From Acidimicrobiales bacterium (lineage in GTDB: Bacteria; Actinomycetota; Acidimicrobiia; Acidimicrobiales; Bog-793), in assembly GCA_035534715.1 (NCBI GenBank), contig DATLRJ010000020.1, positions 6-64,005 of the forward strand: 64,000 bases of DNA. The letters are read 5' to 3'. Below are positions 18,854-28,412 of this stretch, one piece after another. The notes beneath the pieces are model-generated. The model did no database searches and was not told where the DNA came from. It saw nothing but the letters and a program-made list of their open reading frames with translations. The translations under genes were made by a program, and so were the position numbers. Positions within the stretch are counted from its first letter, which is position 1; each line of letters starts with the position of its first letter.

Positions 18854-19558
18854 GTGCGGATGGGCGACGAGTTGAGAGACGGCGACTCTCAGGACGACCT
18901 GCTCCGCCGGCTCGTCGACCCTCGCTTCCTCGACGGGTACTCGATGCTCGAGACCGCACGGCGCGCGGGCGTCGAGCGAGCCGCGTCCGCTGCCGTCGCC
19001 GGGTCGAGGAAGGAGCGCGCGAACCGGCGGAGGAGCGTGTCGCGCACGCGCAAGGCTGCGCCGGAGGCGGAGCCCGAGACTGTCGCTGCGCCGGAGGCGG
19101 AGCCCGAGACTGTCGCCGCGCCGGGGGCGGAGCCCGAGACTGTCGCCGCGCCGGGGGCGGAGCCCGAGACTGTCGCTGCGCCGGGGGCGGAGCCCGAGGC
19201 TGTCGCTGCGCCGGGGGCGGAGCCCGAGGCTGTCGCTGCGCCGGGGGCGGAGCCCGAGGCTGTCGCTGCGCCGGAGGCGGTTCGACGACGCACACCGCGG
19301 GCCGCGCCGACGCGCGACAAACGTCTCCCGTTGCGGCGCGACCGCCGGGACGAGATCGTGGACCAGCTCCAGGCCGGCCCGGCGTCCGCGCAGGATCTCG
19401 CGGATCGCTTCGGAATCAGTCGCGAGGGCGTGCTCCGCTGGCTGCGGATGCTTGAGGCGGACGGCGTGATCGCGTCGACCGCGTCGTCGCGCACGAGCCG
19501 GAACAACCGCTGGGTCCTCGCCGCGCCGGAACCGGACGCCGGCGGTGGTGGTGACTGA
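18854..19558 (+). CDS. Decapeptide-repeat protein with C-terminal winged-helix DNA-binding domain
   Basis: C-terminus DEIVDQLQAGPASAQDLADRFGISREGVLRWLRMLEADGVIAS (ArsR/MarR-like wHTH). Central AAP[EG]AEPE[TA]V x7. The 3' end overlaps the GT2 start by 14 nt. Confidence 0.7.
   Translation: MRMGDELRDGDSQDDLLRRLVDPRFLDGYSMLETARRAGVERAASAAVAGSRKERANRRRSVSRTRKAAPEAEPETVAAPEAEPETVAAPGAEPETVAAPGAEPETVAAPGAEPEAVAAPGAEPEAVAAPGAEPEAVAAPEAVRRRTPRAAPTRDKRLPLRRDRRDEIVDQLQAGPASAQDLADRFGISREGVLRWLRMLEADGVIASTASSRTSRNNRWVLAAPEPDAGGGGD
19055..19278. repeat. 30-bp in-frame tandem repeat, about 7.5 copies
   Basis: Unit gctgcgccggaggcggagcccgagactgtc. Variants occur in blocks: 2 copies E/T, 2 copies G/T, 3 copies G/A, then a partial unit. 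Confidence 0.95.
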
Positions 19559-20510
19559 CGCGCTCCCGGCTGCGCCTGCAGCGGTCACCGTCGCAATCCC
19601 CGTGCTCGACGGGGAGCAGCAGATCGACGGGTGCCTCGCGGCGGTCGAAGCGCAGACCTACGCCGGGCCGATCGAGATCCTCGTCGTGGACGGAGGCTCG
19701 CGCGACCGGACCCGCGAGCTCGCGACTCGCCACGCCGGCGTGAGAGTCGTCGAGAACCACCGCCGGAGTCGGCCCGCCGCGATGAACGTCGCACTGCGCG
19801 AAGCGCATGGCGAGATCGTCGTGCGCGTCGACGTCCGGACGTCGCTCGCGCCGGACTACGTCGAGCGAAGCGTGCGCGCGCTCGACCGCTCGGGCGCGAC
19901 GATCGTGGGCGGTCCGATGCGCCTCGCCGCGTCGAGCGCGCGCGAGCGCGGCGTGCGGGCCGCGATGACCTCGCGCCTCGGCGGTGGCCCCGCCGCATTC
20001 CGGCGCGACGCGGGCAGGGCGCGATTCGTCGACACCGTCTACCTGGGCGCGTTCCGCCGCGACGAGATCGTCTCGCTCGGCGGCTACGACGAGAACTTCG
20101 GCGGCAACGAGGACGCCGAGCTCGCGCACCGTGCGCAGTCGGCCGGCGGCGTCTACCTCGACCCCGCGATCCGCTCGACGTATGCGGTGCGGGGAGGACC
20201 GCGTGAGCTCGCCGCGCAGTACTTCCGCTATGGGCGGGCGCGCGCGGGCACGGTCGCGAAGCACCCGTCCTCGCTCTCGCCCCGGCAGCTCGCGGTGCCG
20301 GCGCTCCTGCTCGGGATCGCGAGTCCCTGGCGCCGCCCGGTGCTCGTGACGTACGCCGCCGCAGTCATCTCGCGCACCGCGCTCGAGGTGGCACGCGACC
20401 CGTCGGCCGCGCCGTGGCTCGCGGTCGCGCTTCCGACGATGCACGTCGCGTGGGGTGCGGGCTTCGTCCGGGGACTTGCACGAGCGTGCTCGCGCGCGCT
20501 CCGCCGCTGA
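19545..20510 (+). CDS. Glycosyltransferase family 2
   Basis: VTVAIPVLDGEQQIDGCLAAVEAQTY and ILVVDGGSRDRT. DxD-like EDAE. Confidence 0.85.
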   Translation: MVVTDALPAAPAAVTVAIPVLDGEQQIDGCLAAVEAQTYAGPIEILVVDGGSRDRTRELATRHAGVRVVENHRRSRPAAMNVALREAHGEIVVRVDVRTSLAPDYVERSVRALDRSGATIVGGPMRLAASSARERGVRAAMTSRLGGGPAAFRRDAGRARFVDTVYLGAFRRDEIVSLGGYDENFGGNEDAELAHRAQSAGGVYLDPAIRSTYAVRGGPRELAAQYFRYGRARAGTVAKHPSSLSPRQLAVPALLLGIASPWRRPVLVTYAAAVISRTALEVARDPSAAPWLAVALPTMHVAWGAGFVRGLARACSRALRR

Positions 20511-20519
20511 CGTCGGTCC

Positions 20520-21581
20520 TCAGCTGCTCCCCGCCACGAGGCTCGCGACGTAGCGCGCGAACTCGTCGTGGTCCTCGTGAACGCGCCGCCGCGCCTCGGC
20601 CGCGATCGGCTCGCGCACCGCGGGAGCGGCGATGGACGCGAGCAACTCACGCCACGCCGCGACCGGAGCGGCGGGGTCGAGGAGGAAACCGCTCACGCCG
20701 TCGCTGACCTGCTCGGCGAGTCCGCCGACGCGCGACGCCAGCACCACGGACCCGAGGGCCTGTGCGAGCACGACGGCGCCGCTCTGCGAGGCGCGACTGT
20801 ACGGGAGCACGGTCGCCTGCGACGCAGCGACCGTCGCCGCGAGCTCTGCGCCACCCACGAACCGGTCGACGAGCGCAGCGCCGGAACCGGCGGCGGCGCG
20901 GCTCGCCCCGCGCCCGACCACGGCGAAGCGCCACGGAGGAAGGGGAGTCGCGGTGACGGCGGCGAAGATGCTCGTCCCCTTGTACTCGCGGTGCAGATGG
21001 CCGAAGTGAAGCGCTAGCGGTCCGCCACCCGAGGGGACGAGCGGCGAGGCTCCGCCCGCACCGGCGAGCAGGCCGACAGCAAGTGGGAGCGGCACACGCA
21101 CGATGTCGGTGCGCCCCGACAGCGCCGCAACGCGCCCGCCGACGTAGTCGGAGTGGACGACGACGACGTCGACCTCCCGGAGCAAGTTCGCGAGCGCGCG
21201 GGGGCCGCCCGCTCGAGCGCGGCGCGCCTCGGACTCGTGGGCGACGAGCACGACCGGCACGCCGGAACGGTGCGCAGCGCGCACGACGGCGCGCTCCACA
21301 TCGGGCACCGCGAAGTTCTGCACGACGACGAGCTCGGGCGCGAGCCGGCTGATCGAGCGCGCGACGCGCGCGACGAGTTCGAGATGGGCCACGGCGGCGC
21401 CGGCCCTGCCCGTGCGCACCGCGATCGCGGGGGACACCTCCGCTGCGAGCTCTCGCGAGTCACGTGTCGCAAGGGCGACATCCGCGCCGGACGCGCGCAG
21501 CGAGTCGACCCATGCTCGCGAGCAGTGGGCGATCCCGCCACGACCGAGCCAGTCGACCAGCAGGACGCGCCGACCGCTCAT
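20520..21581 (-). CDS. Glycosyltransferase family 4 (GT-B)
   Basis: Start MSGRRVLLVDWLGRGGIAH. C-terminal SQSGAVVLAQALGSVVLASRVGGLAEQVSDGVSGFL (E-x7-E-like region). ATGA overlap with the upstream GT2. Confidence 0.8.
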   Translation of the reverse strand: MSGRRVLLVDWLGRGGIAHCSRAWVDSLRASGADVALATRDSRELAAEVSPAIAVRTGRAGAAVAHLELVARVARSISRLAPELVVVQNFAVPDVERAVVRAAHRSGVPVVLVAHESEARRARAGGPRALANLLREVDVVVVHSDYVGGRVAALSGRTDIVRVPLPLAVGLLAGAGGASPLVPSGGGPLALHFGHLHREYKGTSIFAAVTATPLPPWRFAVVGRGASRAAAGSGAALVDRFVGGAELAATVAASQATVLPYSRASQSGAVVLAQALGSVVLASRVGGLAEQVSDGVSGFLLDPAAPVAAWRELLASIAAPAVREPIAAEARRRVHEDHDEFARYVASLVAGSS

Positions 21582-22525
21582 CGGACCTCGCGCCACGCCC
21601 GCAGCGCTGCCGAGAGCCCCGCACGGCGCGCGTTCAGCAGCTCGTGACCGCGGACGCGCGCGTGGCCTCGACCAAACGCTCGATGAAGCGCTGCGACCGC
21701 GACAAGCCGCGCGTGCCAGGCGACGACGATGGGCCAGCCGAGCGCCGCCGTGCGTGAACCGTAGAGGGCGCGCAGGCAGCGGACTGCGTTTCGCGCGAGC
21801 AACGCCTGCTTCGCGCCGGAGATCACCGCGCGCCCACCGAGGTGCGTGACCACGATCTCCGGTCGGTACTCGACGGGCACCTCGCGGCGCGCGAGTCGCA
21901 CGAACCACTCGGATTCCTCGAAGTACATCCCGTAGCGCTCGGGGAGCGGCTCCTCGCGCAGCAGCCACGCGGGAACGGCGACCATCACGGCCGACGCTGC
22001 CTCGATCCGTTCGGGCGCAGAAGGCGTGCGCCACTTCTCGACCCTGACGCGGCCAGCGAGAACACGCGGCGGAGCATCGGGCAGAAGCAGCCACTCGACG
22101 ACGAGCGAGCGCAGGTTCAGCGTCGCCTGGACGGTGCGCACCGGGCGCCCGCCGCGGTCGTTCACCCGTGGGACCGCGACGCCACCCGACTCCGCGCTAC
22201 GCCGCGCGAGCGCCACGACCGCGTCCGCGGAGCACGAGAGGTCGTCGTTCGCGAACACGACGACGTCGCTCCCTGCGACCGCCGCGCCGGCGTTCACCGC
22301 AGACGCGTACCCTGGGTTCCCCTCGATCGTGACCAGTCGTGCGCCTGCGCGGCGCGCGACGTCCGCGACGGCTTCGTCGGCCTCGACGTCGACGACCACG
22401 AGCGAGACGCGCGGATCGGCAGTCGAGGCGAGCAACCGGGCGAGCTCCAGCGGCCGGTGGAACGCGACGACGACGAGCGTCGCTTGCGGCCTCACCTCGC
22501 CGCGCGGCGATACGGGGCCCGTCAC
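21578..22525 (-). CDS. Glycosyltransferase family 2
   Basis: ATLVVVAFHRPLELARLL, GNPGYASAVNAGA and VVFANDD motifs. Confidence 0.8.
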   Translation of the reverse strand: MTGPVSPRGEVRPQATLVVVAFHRPLELARLLASTADPRVSLVVVDVEADEAVADVARRAGARLVTIEGNPGYASAVNAGAAVAGSDVVVFANDDLSCSADAVVALARRSAESGGVAVPRVNDRGGRPVRTVQATLNLRSLVVEWLLLPDAPPRVLAGRVRVEKWRTPSAPERIEAASAVMVAVPAWLLREEPLPERYGMYFEESEWFVRLARREVPVEYRPEIVVTHLGGRAVISGAKQALLARNAVRCLRALYGSRTAALGWPIVVAWHARLVAVAALHRAFGRGHARVRGHELLNARRAGLSAALRAWREVR

Positions 22526-24045
22526 TTCGAGCCGTGGTGGGCCGTGGGCACGAGATGTCGCGCGACCGAGACGAGCAACGCGTACGCGCCGACGAGCGCT
22601 CCCGCCTCGAGCACCGCGACAGGTCCGTGACTCACGCGCAACCCGAGAAACTCATCGCCGACCCCGTACACGGCCGCAAGCCCGGCAGCGACCAGCAGCG
22701 CGGTCGCGGACCGCGCGAAGGAGGGCACGTACCCAGCCGCGACGCGGAACTCGCGGAAGCGAATCGCCAGCAGAGCGAGCTCGCTCACGACGAGCACGAC
22801 AGCCGCACCGGTGATTCCCGCGATGGGCACTGCGATGAGATTGCCGGCGAGGTTCAGCAACAGCGCGGCGTACACGCCGCGAGGCACCCGCCGTTCGGCA
22901 CCGACGAGTACGAGGCCGTGCCCGTACACGGCCGTGGGGAAGCCGAGCGCCGCCGCGCTTACGAGGAGCACGAGCGGCACCGTCGCACCCGAGTAGCCCG
23001 CGCCCGCAACCGCGCTCACGACGACATGAGCGAAGAGCGCTGCACCGACTGGGAGGACCGCCGCGACCGTCACGAGCGTGTCGAACGAGCGCTGGAGGAG
23101 AACCCTCCTCTCCGCGTCGTCCTTGCGCATGAAGTGCGGCGTGACCGCGGATAGGAGCATCGCCGGGACGGCTGCCGCGAAGCCGGCGATCTGGCTGGCG
23201 ACCCCGAAGGCAGCCAGCGCACCCGACGACGCGAGCAGCGCGACGACGACGGTGTCGACCTGGCCGTAGAGGGCATTGGCTCCGTAGGTGAGCCCGATCG
23301 GCGCGGCGCGGCGGACGAGCCCGCCCACTTGGCGAGCTGAGCCTCGTAGCCGCGGGACGACGTACATCCGGGCGAGCGCCACGGACGCAGCTGCGGTCAC
23401 GCCCATCGCGACGGCGATGAACATGACGTACCGCGTCGCCCCGCCGTGAGTGAAACGGACCAAGAGCACCGCGCCGAGAACGAGCACGCTGCTCCCGATG
23501 TCGAGCACCGCCCGCACGTCGTTGCGCGCCCTCGCGACGAACACCGAGCTGCTCATCAGCCAGAGCGCGGTGAACGGGACGGTGGGGAGCAGGACGTACG
23601 CGAGCACCCGTACCTCTGGGTGGCTCGAGTAGACGACGAGGACGACGAGTGCCGCGACCGCGGTGGCCGCACCGGCCGTGACCGGGGTCGCCGCGAGCGC
23701 GGCACCGTAGAGCGAGCGCGCGTCTGCCCCGCGCGACGCGAGGTCGCGGCTCGCGATCTGTTGGACCCCGAAGTCGCTCACGGAGGCGAAGACGCCGATG
23801 AGCGCGGTGGCAGCGACAATCGGACCCCAGCGATCCGGTGTGAAGTAGTGGGTGCCGACGTGCAGTGCGACGAGCGCTACGAGCCCGCCGGCCGCGCGCC
23901 CACCCAGCCGGACGAGCGCGTTGTAGGAGATCCGACCGCGGAACCCGGGGCTCGAGACCGACCGCTCCGGCGACCCTTCGGGCCGAGCCGCCGCCGGTCG
24001 TGCGGCCGCCCGCAGGCCTGCCCGCGGGCGGGCGCGACGCAGCAT
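22522..24045 (-). CDS. Wzx-like oligosaccharide/polysaccharide flippase (MOP superfamily)
   Basis: About 12-14 TM segments typical of polysaccharide-biosynthesis flippases. Start placed at ATG 24045 to avoid a 5' overlap with the divergent GT4. The ORF extends to 24147. Confidence 0.8.
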   Translation of the reverse strand: MLRRARPRAGLRAAARPAAARPEGSPERSVSSPGFRGRISYNALVRLGGRAAGGLVALVALHVGTHYFTPDRWGPIVAATALIGVFASVSDFGVQQIASRDLASRGADARSLYGAALAATPVTAGAATAVAALVVLVVYSSHPEVRVLAYVLLPTVPFTALWLMSSSVFVARARNDVRAVLDIGSSVLVLGAVLLVRFTHGGATRYVMFIAVAMGVTAAASVALARMYVVPRLRGSARQVGGLVRRAAPIGLTYGANALYGQVDTVVVALLASSGALAAFGVASQIAGFAAAVPAMLLSAVTPHFMRKDDAERRVLLQRSFDTLVTVAAVLPVGAALFAHVVVSAVAGAGYSGATVPLVLLVSAAALGFPTAVYGHGLVLVGAERRVPRGVYAALLLNLAGNLIAVPIAGITGAAVVLVVSELALLAIRFREFRVAAGYVPSFARSATALLVAAGLAAVYGVGDEFLGLRVSHGPVAVLEAGALVGAYALLVSVARHLVPTAHHGSK

Positions 24046-24121
24046 CGAGCTCACGACTCGACTAACGGCCGCGAGCGCTCGCGGTCGAAGGGCCGCGAGC
24101 ACGACCGCGTAAGGTTTCGCC

Positions 24122-25216
24122 GTGGACCGACGGACGCTCCGCGTCACCTATGTGCTGCCGAAGCTCGTTGATCACCCGGTCGGAGGCTTCAAGGTCCACT
24201 ATCAGTACGCGAACGAGCTCGCGGCTCGGGGCCACCAAGTCACCGTCGTACACCCGGCGACGACAGGTTTCGTGCCGTCGGCGCGCGAGCTCGCTTCGTT
24301 CGGCGCCGCCGCGCTCCGCCGCAGGCTGCGCGGCGGCGGAGCGGTGCCCTGGTTCGCTCTCGACGAGCGCGTCGGCTCGTCGAACGTCGTGCGTCTTCGC
24401 CCGGCATCGCTGCCCGACGGCGACGTGCTCCTGCTCACCGCGTGGCAGACCGCCGAGCGCACCATCGGCGCGCCGCCGCGCGTCGGCCGCAGCGTCCAGA
24501 TCGTCTTCGACTACGAGCACTGGCTCGAGTCGCCCGCACTGCGCCCGCGAATCGCGCGAGCGCTTGGGCGTCCCGACGTGACGCGCATCGCGACCTCGGC
24601 GGGAGTCGCCTCGCTCCTCGAGGAGCTCGGTGCTCACGCCGTCGCGACCGTCACACCCGGGCTCGCGGCTGGGGAGTTCGGACTCGACGCGCCCGTCGCG
24701 CCGCGCCGGCCCGTGGTCACCTTCGCGTTGCGCCATGGGCCCTCGAAGGACATGGCGACCGCGTTCGCCGCGGTCGCGCAGATCCGTCAGGCCGTCCCTG
24801 ACGCCGAAATCCGCTGCTTCGGAGACCCGCGCCAGGCGGCACCCGCCACCGTCCGGCACCTCGGCCGGCTCGAGCAGCGAGCGCTGCGCCGCTGCTACAA
24901 CGAGACCGCCGTGTTCCTGCTCACGAGCCGCCACGAGGGGTGGGGTCTTCCCGCGGCGGAGGCGATGGCATGCGGAGCGGCTGTCGTGTCCACAAGAAAC
25001 GGGGGAACCGAGGAATTCGTGCGCGACGGCGCCAACGGCGTGCTCGTACCGGCCGCCGATCCGGGCGCGGTCGCGGCCGCCGCAGTGCGTCTCCTCGGGG
25101 ACGAGGACCTGCGCGCCTCGCTCGGGGCCAGAGCCGCTAGCGAGGCGCTCCAGATGACCGTCGAACGAGCGACCGACCGCGTCGAGGAGGTGCTGCGCCG
25201 TGTCGCTCACCGGTAG
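24122..25216 (+). CDS. Glycosyltransferase family 4 (GT-B)
   Basis: EGWGLPAAEAMACGAAVVSTRNGGTEEFVRDGANGVLV. Confidence 0.85.
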   Translation: MDRRTLRVTYVLPKLVDHPVGGFKVHYQYANELAARGHQVTVVHPATTGFVPSARELASFGAAALRRRLRGGGAVPWFALDERVGSSNVVRLRPASLPDGDVLLLTAWQTAERTIGAPPRVGRSVQIVFDYEHWLESPALRPRIARALGRPDVTRIATSAGVASLLEELGAHAVATVTPGLAAGEFGLDAPVAPRRPVVTFALRHGPSKDMATAFAAVAQIRQAVPDAEIRCFGDPRQAAPATVRHLGRLEQRALRRCYNETAVFLLTSRHEGWGLPAAEAMACGAAVVSTRNGGTEEFVRDGANGVLVPAADPGAVAAAAVRLLGDEDLRASLGARAASEALQMTVERATDRVEEVLRRVAHR

Positions 25217-25232
25217 TCGCGCCTCTTCGCAC

Positions 25233-26570
25233 CTAGCGACCTGTGCGCCCGACGATCGAGCGAAGGGTCCGCCCGACGATGCGCGCGTCGAGCATGAGGC
25301 TCTGATGACGTAGATAGTAGAACTCGTACTGCAGCTTCTCGAGCGCGTCGAAGCCGCTCGCTCCGTAGTCGAAGTTCACCTGCGCCCAGCCGGTGATCCC
25401 CGGCTGCACGAGGTGGCGAAGGTCGTAGTAGTCGATCTTGCGGGCGAGCTCCGCGACATAGCGCGGCTGCTCGGGACGGGGGCCGACGATCGACAGCTCC
25501 CGGCGGAGCACGTTCACCACCTGCGGCAGCTCGTCGACGTGCGACTTGCGCATGACGCGGCCGACTCGACCGACGCGGCGGTCGTCCACGCTCGTCCACG
25601 TGGACTCCCCGCCGGAAGGGGGCATCGTCCGGAACTTGAGGATCGTGAAGATCCTGCCGTCCTTGCCGACGCGCTCCTGCCGGTAGAGAAGCGGCCCACG
25701 GTTGCCCGCGAGGTCCGCGACGAGCACCGCGAGCGTCGCGAGCGCGAGCAGCGGGAGCGCGATCAGCGCGACCAGCACGTCGATCGCACGCTTCGAGCGC
25801 GCGTACGCCGCGTTGTGGATCTCGTGGATGTCGAACAGCAGCGCGGAGCGCTCGAGCTCGGACAGCGGGAGCTTGCCGAGCCATTGGTCGTAGAAGAGCG
25901 CGAGCGTGCGGACCTTGCAGCCGCGCCGGTGGAGCTCCGCGGCCTGGACGACGATGTCCTCGTCCGCGATCGCCTCGCGGTCGAGCACGACGAGCGTCGC
26001 CTGGTGCGCGTCGACGAGCTCCGCGAGCGGCCGCGGCCGTTGCGCGCTCGACCGCACGTCGGCCGCGAGCGCGGTCGCCGCGAGCACCGCAGGGCGCTCC
26101 CGGGCACCCTTCAGGTCGGCCGCGAGCGCGAGCGCCTCGGCGACGCCGACGATCGCGAGGACACGCTCGGCCGCGTCGCGGCGCGCGCTCCCGCCGGACA
26201 TCGTCCGGGCGGCCACGGCGACGGCCGGCGTGAGGAGCGCGACCGCGAGGAAGACGACGAAGCGCGGCAGCAGCGCCTGGCCCACGACGAGCGCCATGAC
26301 CGACACGGCGCCGGCGGCGACGAGCGTCGCGGCGAACGAGCGGACGAGTGCCTCGGAGAATCGCGGAGCGGACTCGGGCAGGCCAGCCGCGTAGAACGCG
26401 ACGAGCAGGAGCGCGGTGAACACCACGAGCCATCCGAACCGGGGGAACGCCGTGAAGCGGTAGTGGCCCACGAGGTGCGCGTGAACCTCGCCGAGCGCGG
26501 CGACGACGGCTACCGTCAGGCCCGATATGAGCCACCGCGCAGACCTGGACACCGCGCCCAATTCAAGCAC
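25233..26570 (-). CDS. Priming polyprenyl-phosphate glycosyl-phosphotransferase (WbaP/EpsL-type sugar transferase)
   Basis: KRAIDVLVALIALPLL, LYRQERVGKDGRIFTILKFRTM, DELPQ and GPRP motifs. Start uncertain (ORF open to 26687, GTG 26570 chosen). Confidence 0.85.
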   Translation of the reverse strand: MLELGAVSRSARWLISGLTVAVVAALGEVHAHLVGHYRFTAFPRFGWLVVFTALLLVAFYAAGLPESAPRFSEALVRSFAATLVAAGAVSVMALVVGQALLPRFVVFLAVALLTPAVAVAARTMSGGSARRDAAERVLAIVGVAEALALAADLKGARERPAVLAATALAADVRSSAQRPRPLAELVDAHQATLVVLDREAIADEDIVVQAAELHRRGCKVRTLALFYDQWLGKLPLSELERSALLFDIHEIHNAAYARSKRAIDVLVALIALPLLALATLAVLVADLAGNRGPLLYRQERVGKDGRIFTILKFRTMPPSGGESTWTSVDDRRVGRVGRVMRKSHVDELPQVVNVLRRELSIVGPRPEQPRYVAELARKIDYYDLRHLVQPGITGWAQVNFDYGASGFDALEKLQYEFYYLRHQSLMLDARIVGRTLRSIVGRTGR

Positions 26571-26610
26571 CGGGCGCGCGGCGACCTCGCGATTCGGCGC
26601 TCCCTCCTGG

Positions 26611-28314
26611 TTGGAGGGCGCGACGACGCTAGACGTCGTCGCGGCTCTTCTCGCGTTCCTACTAGCAGTGGCGATCTCGCCGGTCACGAACTCCTACACC
26701 TTCACGCCGAAGCTCGCGGTCGTGCTGGTCCTTGCGGCGATCGGGCTTCCTCGGCTCGCCCGCCTCGCCGCCGGGGGCGATCGCGCTGCGTGGGCGGCGC
26801 TCTCGTTCCTCGCGATCGGGCTCGCGTCCGCAGCGATCTCGGGCAGCGTCCTCGTGGGGCTCTTCGGGATGTACCTGTCAGGGACGGGTTGGGTCTTCTG
26901 GTGCGGCGTCGTCGGTGCGTGGGCGATCGGTCGCTCGCTCGGCCCTCGCGGCGCCGACCTCGCCACGGCGGGTCTCGTCGCTGGGGCGCTCGTGAACGCC
27001 GTGGTGACCGTGGCGCAGCAGGCGTTCCAGCTCGCGAGCCCCGTCCTCGGCCTGTACCAGGGCACCCAGGCCGACGGGCTCATGGGCAACCCGATATTCC
27101 TCGAGAGCGTGCTCCTCGGCGCGCTCGCGATCGTCCTCGTGCGCGCGTGCACCGTGCGCTGGCAGTGGTCGCTCGCAGCCGTCGTGATCTCCGCGTCGCT
27201 CGAGCTGAGCGGCGAGCGCTTCGCGATCGCGCTCCTCGCCGTGCTCGTCGTGTGGGCGGTCGCGGTCCACCGCAACCGTCGGAGCCTGCTGTTCGCCGCG
27301 GCGGTCGCGTTCGGCTACGGGGTCACCTACGCGTTCTCGAGCGCGCTCATCCACGCACGCATCGCCCGGAACGTCGCGTCGAACCCGCGGCTCACGCTGT
27401 GGAAGGCGCTCGCCCACGCGTTCGCGCACCGCCCGGTCCTCGGCTGGGGTCCAGGCCAGACGCTCCAGGCCACGACCGCGTTCCAACCGCTCGCCCTCGC
27501 GAAGCGGCTCGCGGTCGCCACGTACTTCAACGACGCGCACGACATACTCGTGGAGGTCGCCGTGACCACGGGCGTGCTCGGCCTCGTCGCGTTCGTCGCC
27601 TTCGCCGGCCAGGCGATGCGCTCCGCGTCCGGACCACTGCTCGGCGCGGCGCTCATGATGCTCGCGGTCGAGCTCGTCGAGCCGCTGAACGTCGGCGTCA
27701 CGCCGCTCGCCTTCCTCGCGCTCGGTGCGGCCACAGCGAGGACGGGCCGGACCGGACCGGGAGAGGCCCGCACGGCGCGCGGCCGCGCGCGCCTGGTCGG
27801 AGCCGCGACCGCGGTGCTGGTCGCCGCCGCCGTCGGGGCGTCCGCCACGATGCTCTACGGCGACTACGAGCTGAACTCCGGGCTACTCGCCTACCGGTAC
27901 CCGACTGCGGTGCGCGGCGCCCACGTCCTCGCCGTCTGGTCCGACCCCGCGCTCGTCGTCGCAGAGATCGCGGTGAACCGTTCGATCGCGTTCCGCGACC
28001 GGCGGCACTGGCTCCTGCTCGCGCGCCACTGGCACGCGGTCGCAGCCGCCCGCGAGCCCACGAACACCCAGCTCTGGACCGCGCTCGCCGGCGCCGACGC
28101 GGAGCTCGGGAGGCTTCGCGCCGCGTCGTCCGAGTACGAGAATGCGCTCCGCCTCGACCGTTTCGACACCGAAGCACTCGTCGGCCTCGCGTCGATCGAC
28201 ATCCGCGAGGGACGCGCTCGCGAGGCCGTCGCGCTGCTGCACCGCGCGCTCGCGACCGCGCCCGGCTACGCGCCCGCGATCGCCGGGCTCCGCAAGGCGA
28301 GCGCAGCGGGCTGA
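26611..28314 (+). CDS. Wzy_C / O-antigen-ligase-family membrane protein with C-terminal TPR repeats
   Basis: Multi-TM region with the hallmark AHDILVEVAVTTGVLG (AHN-x-L-x4-E-x-G-x2-G type). C-terminal ALRLDRFDTEALVGLASIDIREGRAREAVALLHRALATAPGY TPRs. Start uncertain (ORF from 26527). Confidence 0.8.
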   Translation: MEGATTLDVVAALLAFLLAVAISPVTNSYTFTPKLAVVLVLAAIGLPRLARLAAGGDRAAWAALSFLAIGLASAAISGSVLVGLFGMYLSGTGWVFWCGVVGAWAIGRSLGPRGADLATAGLVAGALVNAVVTVAQQAFQLASPVLGLYQGTQADGLMGNPIFLESVLLGALAIVLVRACTVRWQWSLAAVVISASLELSGERFAIALLAVLVVWAVAVHRNRRSLLFAAAVAFGYGVTYAFSSALIHARIARNVASNPRLTLWKALAHAFAHRPVLGWGPGQTLQATTAFQPLALAKRLAVATYFNDAHDILVEVAVTTGVLGLVAFVAFAGQAMRSASGPLLGAALMMLAVELVEPLNVGVTPLAFLALGAATARTGRTGPGEARTARGRARLVGAATAVLVAAAVGASATMLYGDYELNSGLLAYRYPTAVRGAHVLAVWSDPALVVAEIAVNRSIAFRDRRHWLLLARHWHAVAAAREPTNTQLWTALAGADAELGRLRAASSEYENALRLDRFDTEALVGLASIDIREGRAREAVALLHRALATAPGYAPAIAGLRKASAAG

Positions 28315-28339
28315 GCGCAGACCGGCTCGGGCGCGCAAG

Positions 28340-28370
28340 CGCCCCGGCCAGGTGACCCGTGGCCGGGGCG
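28340..28370. terminator. Bidirectional hairpin between convergent Wzy_C-TPR gene and pilA
   Basis: cgccccggcca (28340-50) pairs perfectly with tggccggggcg (28360-70), with a 9-nt loop. Confidence 0.6.
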
Positions 28371-28412
28371 CTCGAAGCTCGCGGACCAGACGGCGCGCGA
28401 GGCCCGGTCAGA

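Noticed and set aside
19055-19278. Possible CRISPR array, because of regular 30-bp repeats.
   Set aside because: The units are directly adjacent with no spacers and lie in-frame inside a coding sequence. No cas genes are present. This is a coding tandem repeat.
26527-26687. 161-bp overlap of the 5' ends of the divergent sugar-transferase and Wzy_C-TPR ORFs, possibly a real overlapping-gene arrangement.
   Set aside because: Both ORFs have plausible internal starts (GTG 26570, TTG 26611) that keep all TM segments. The overlap is most simply an ORF-extension artefact.
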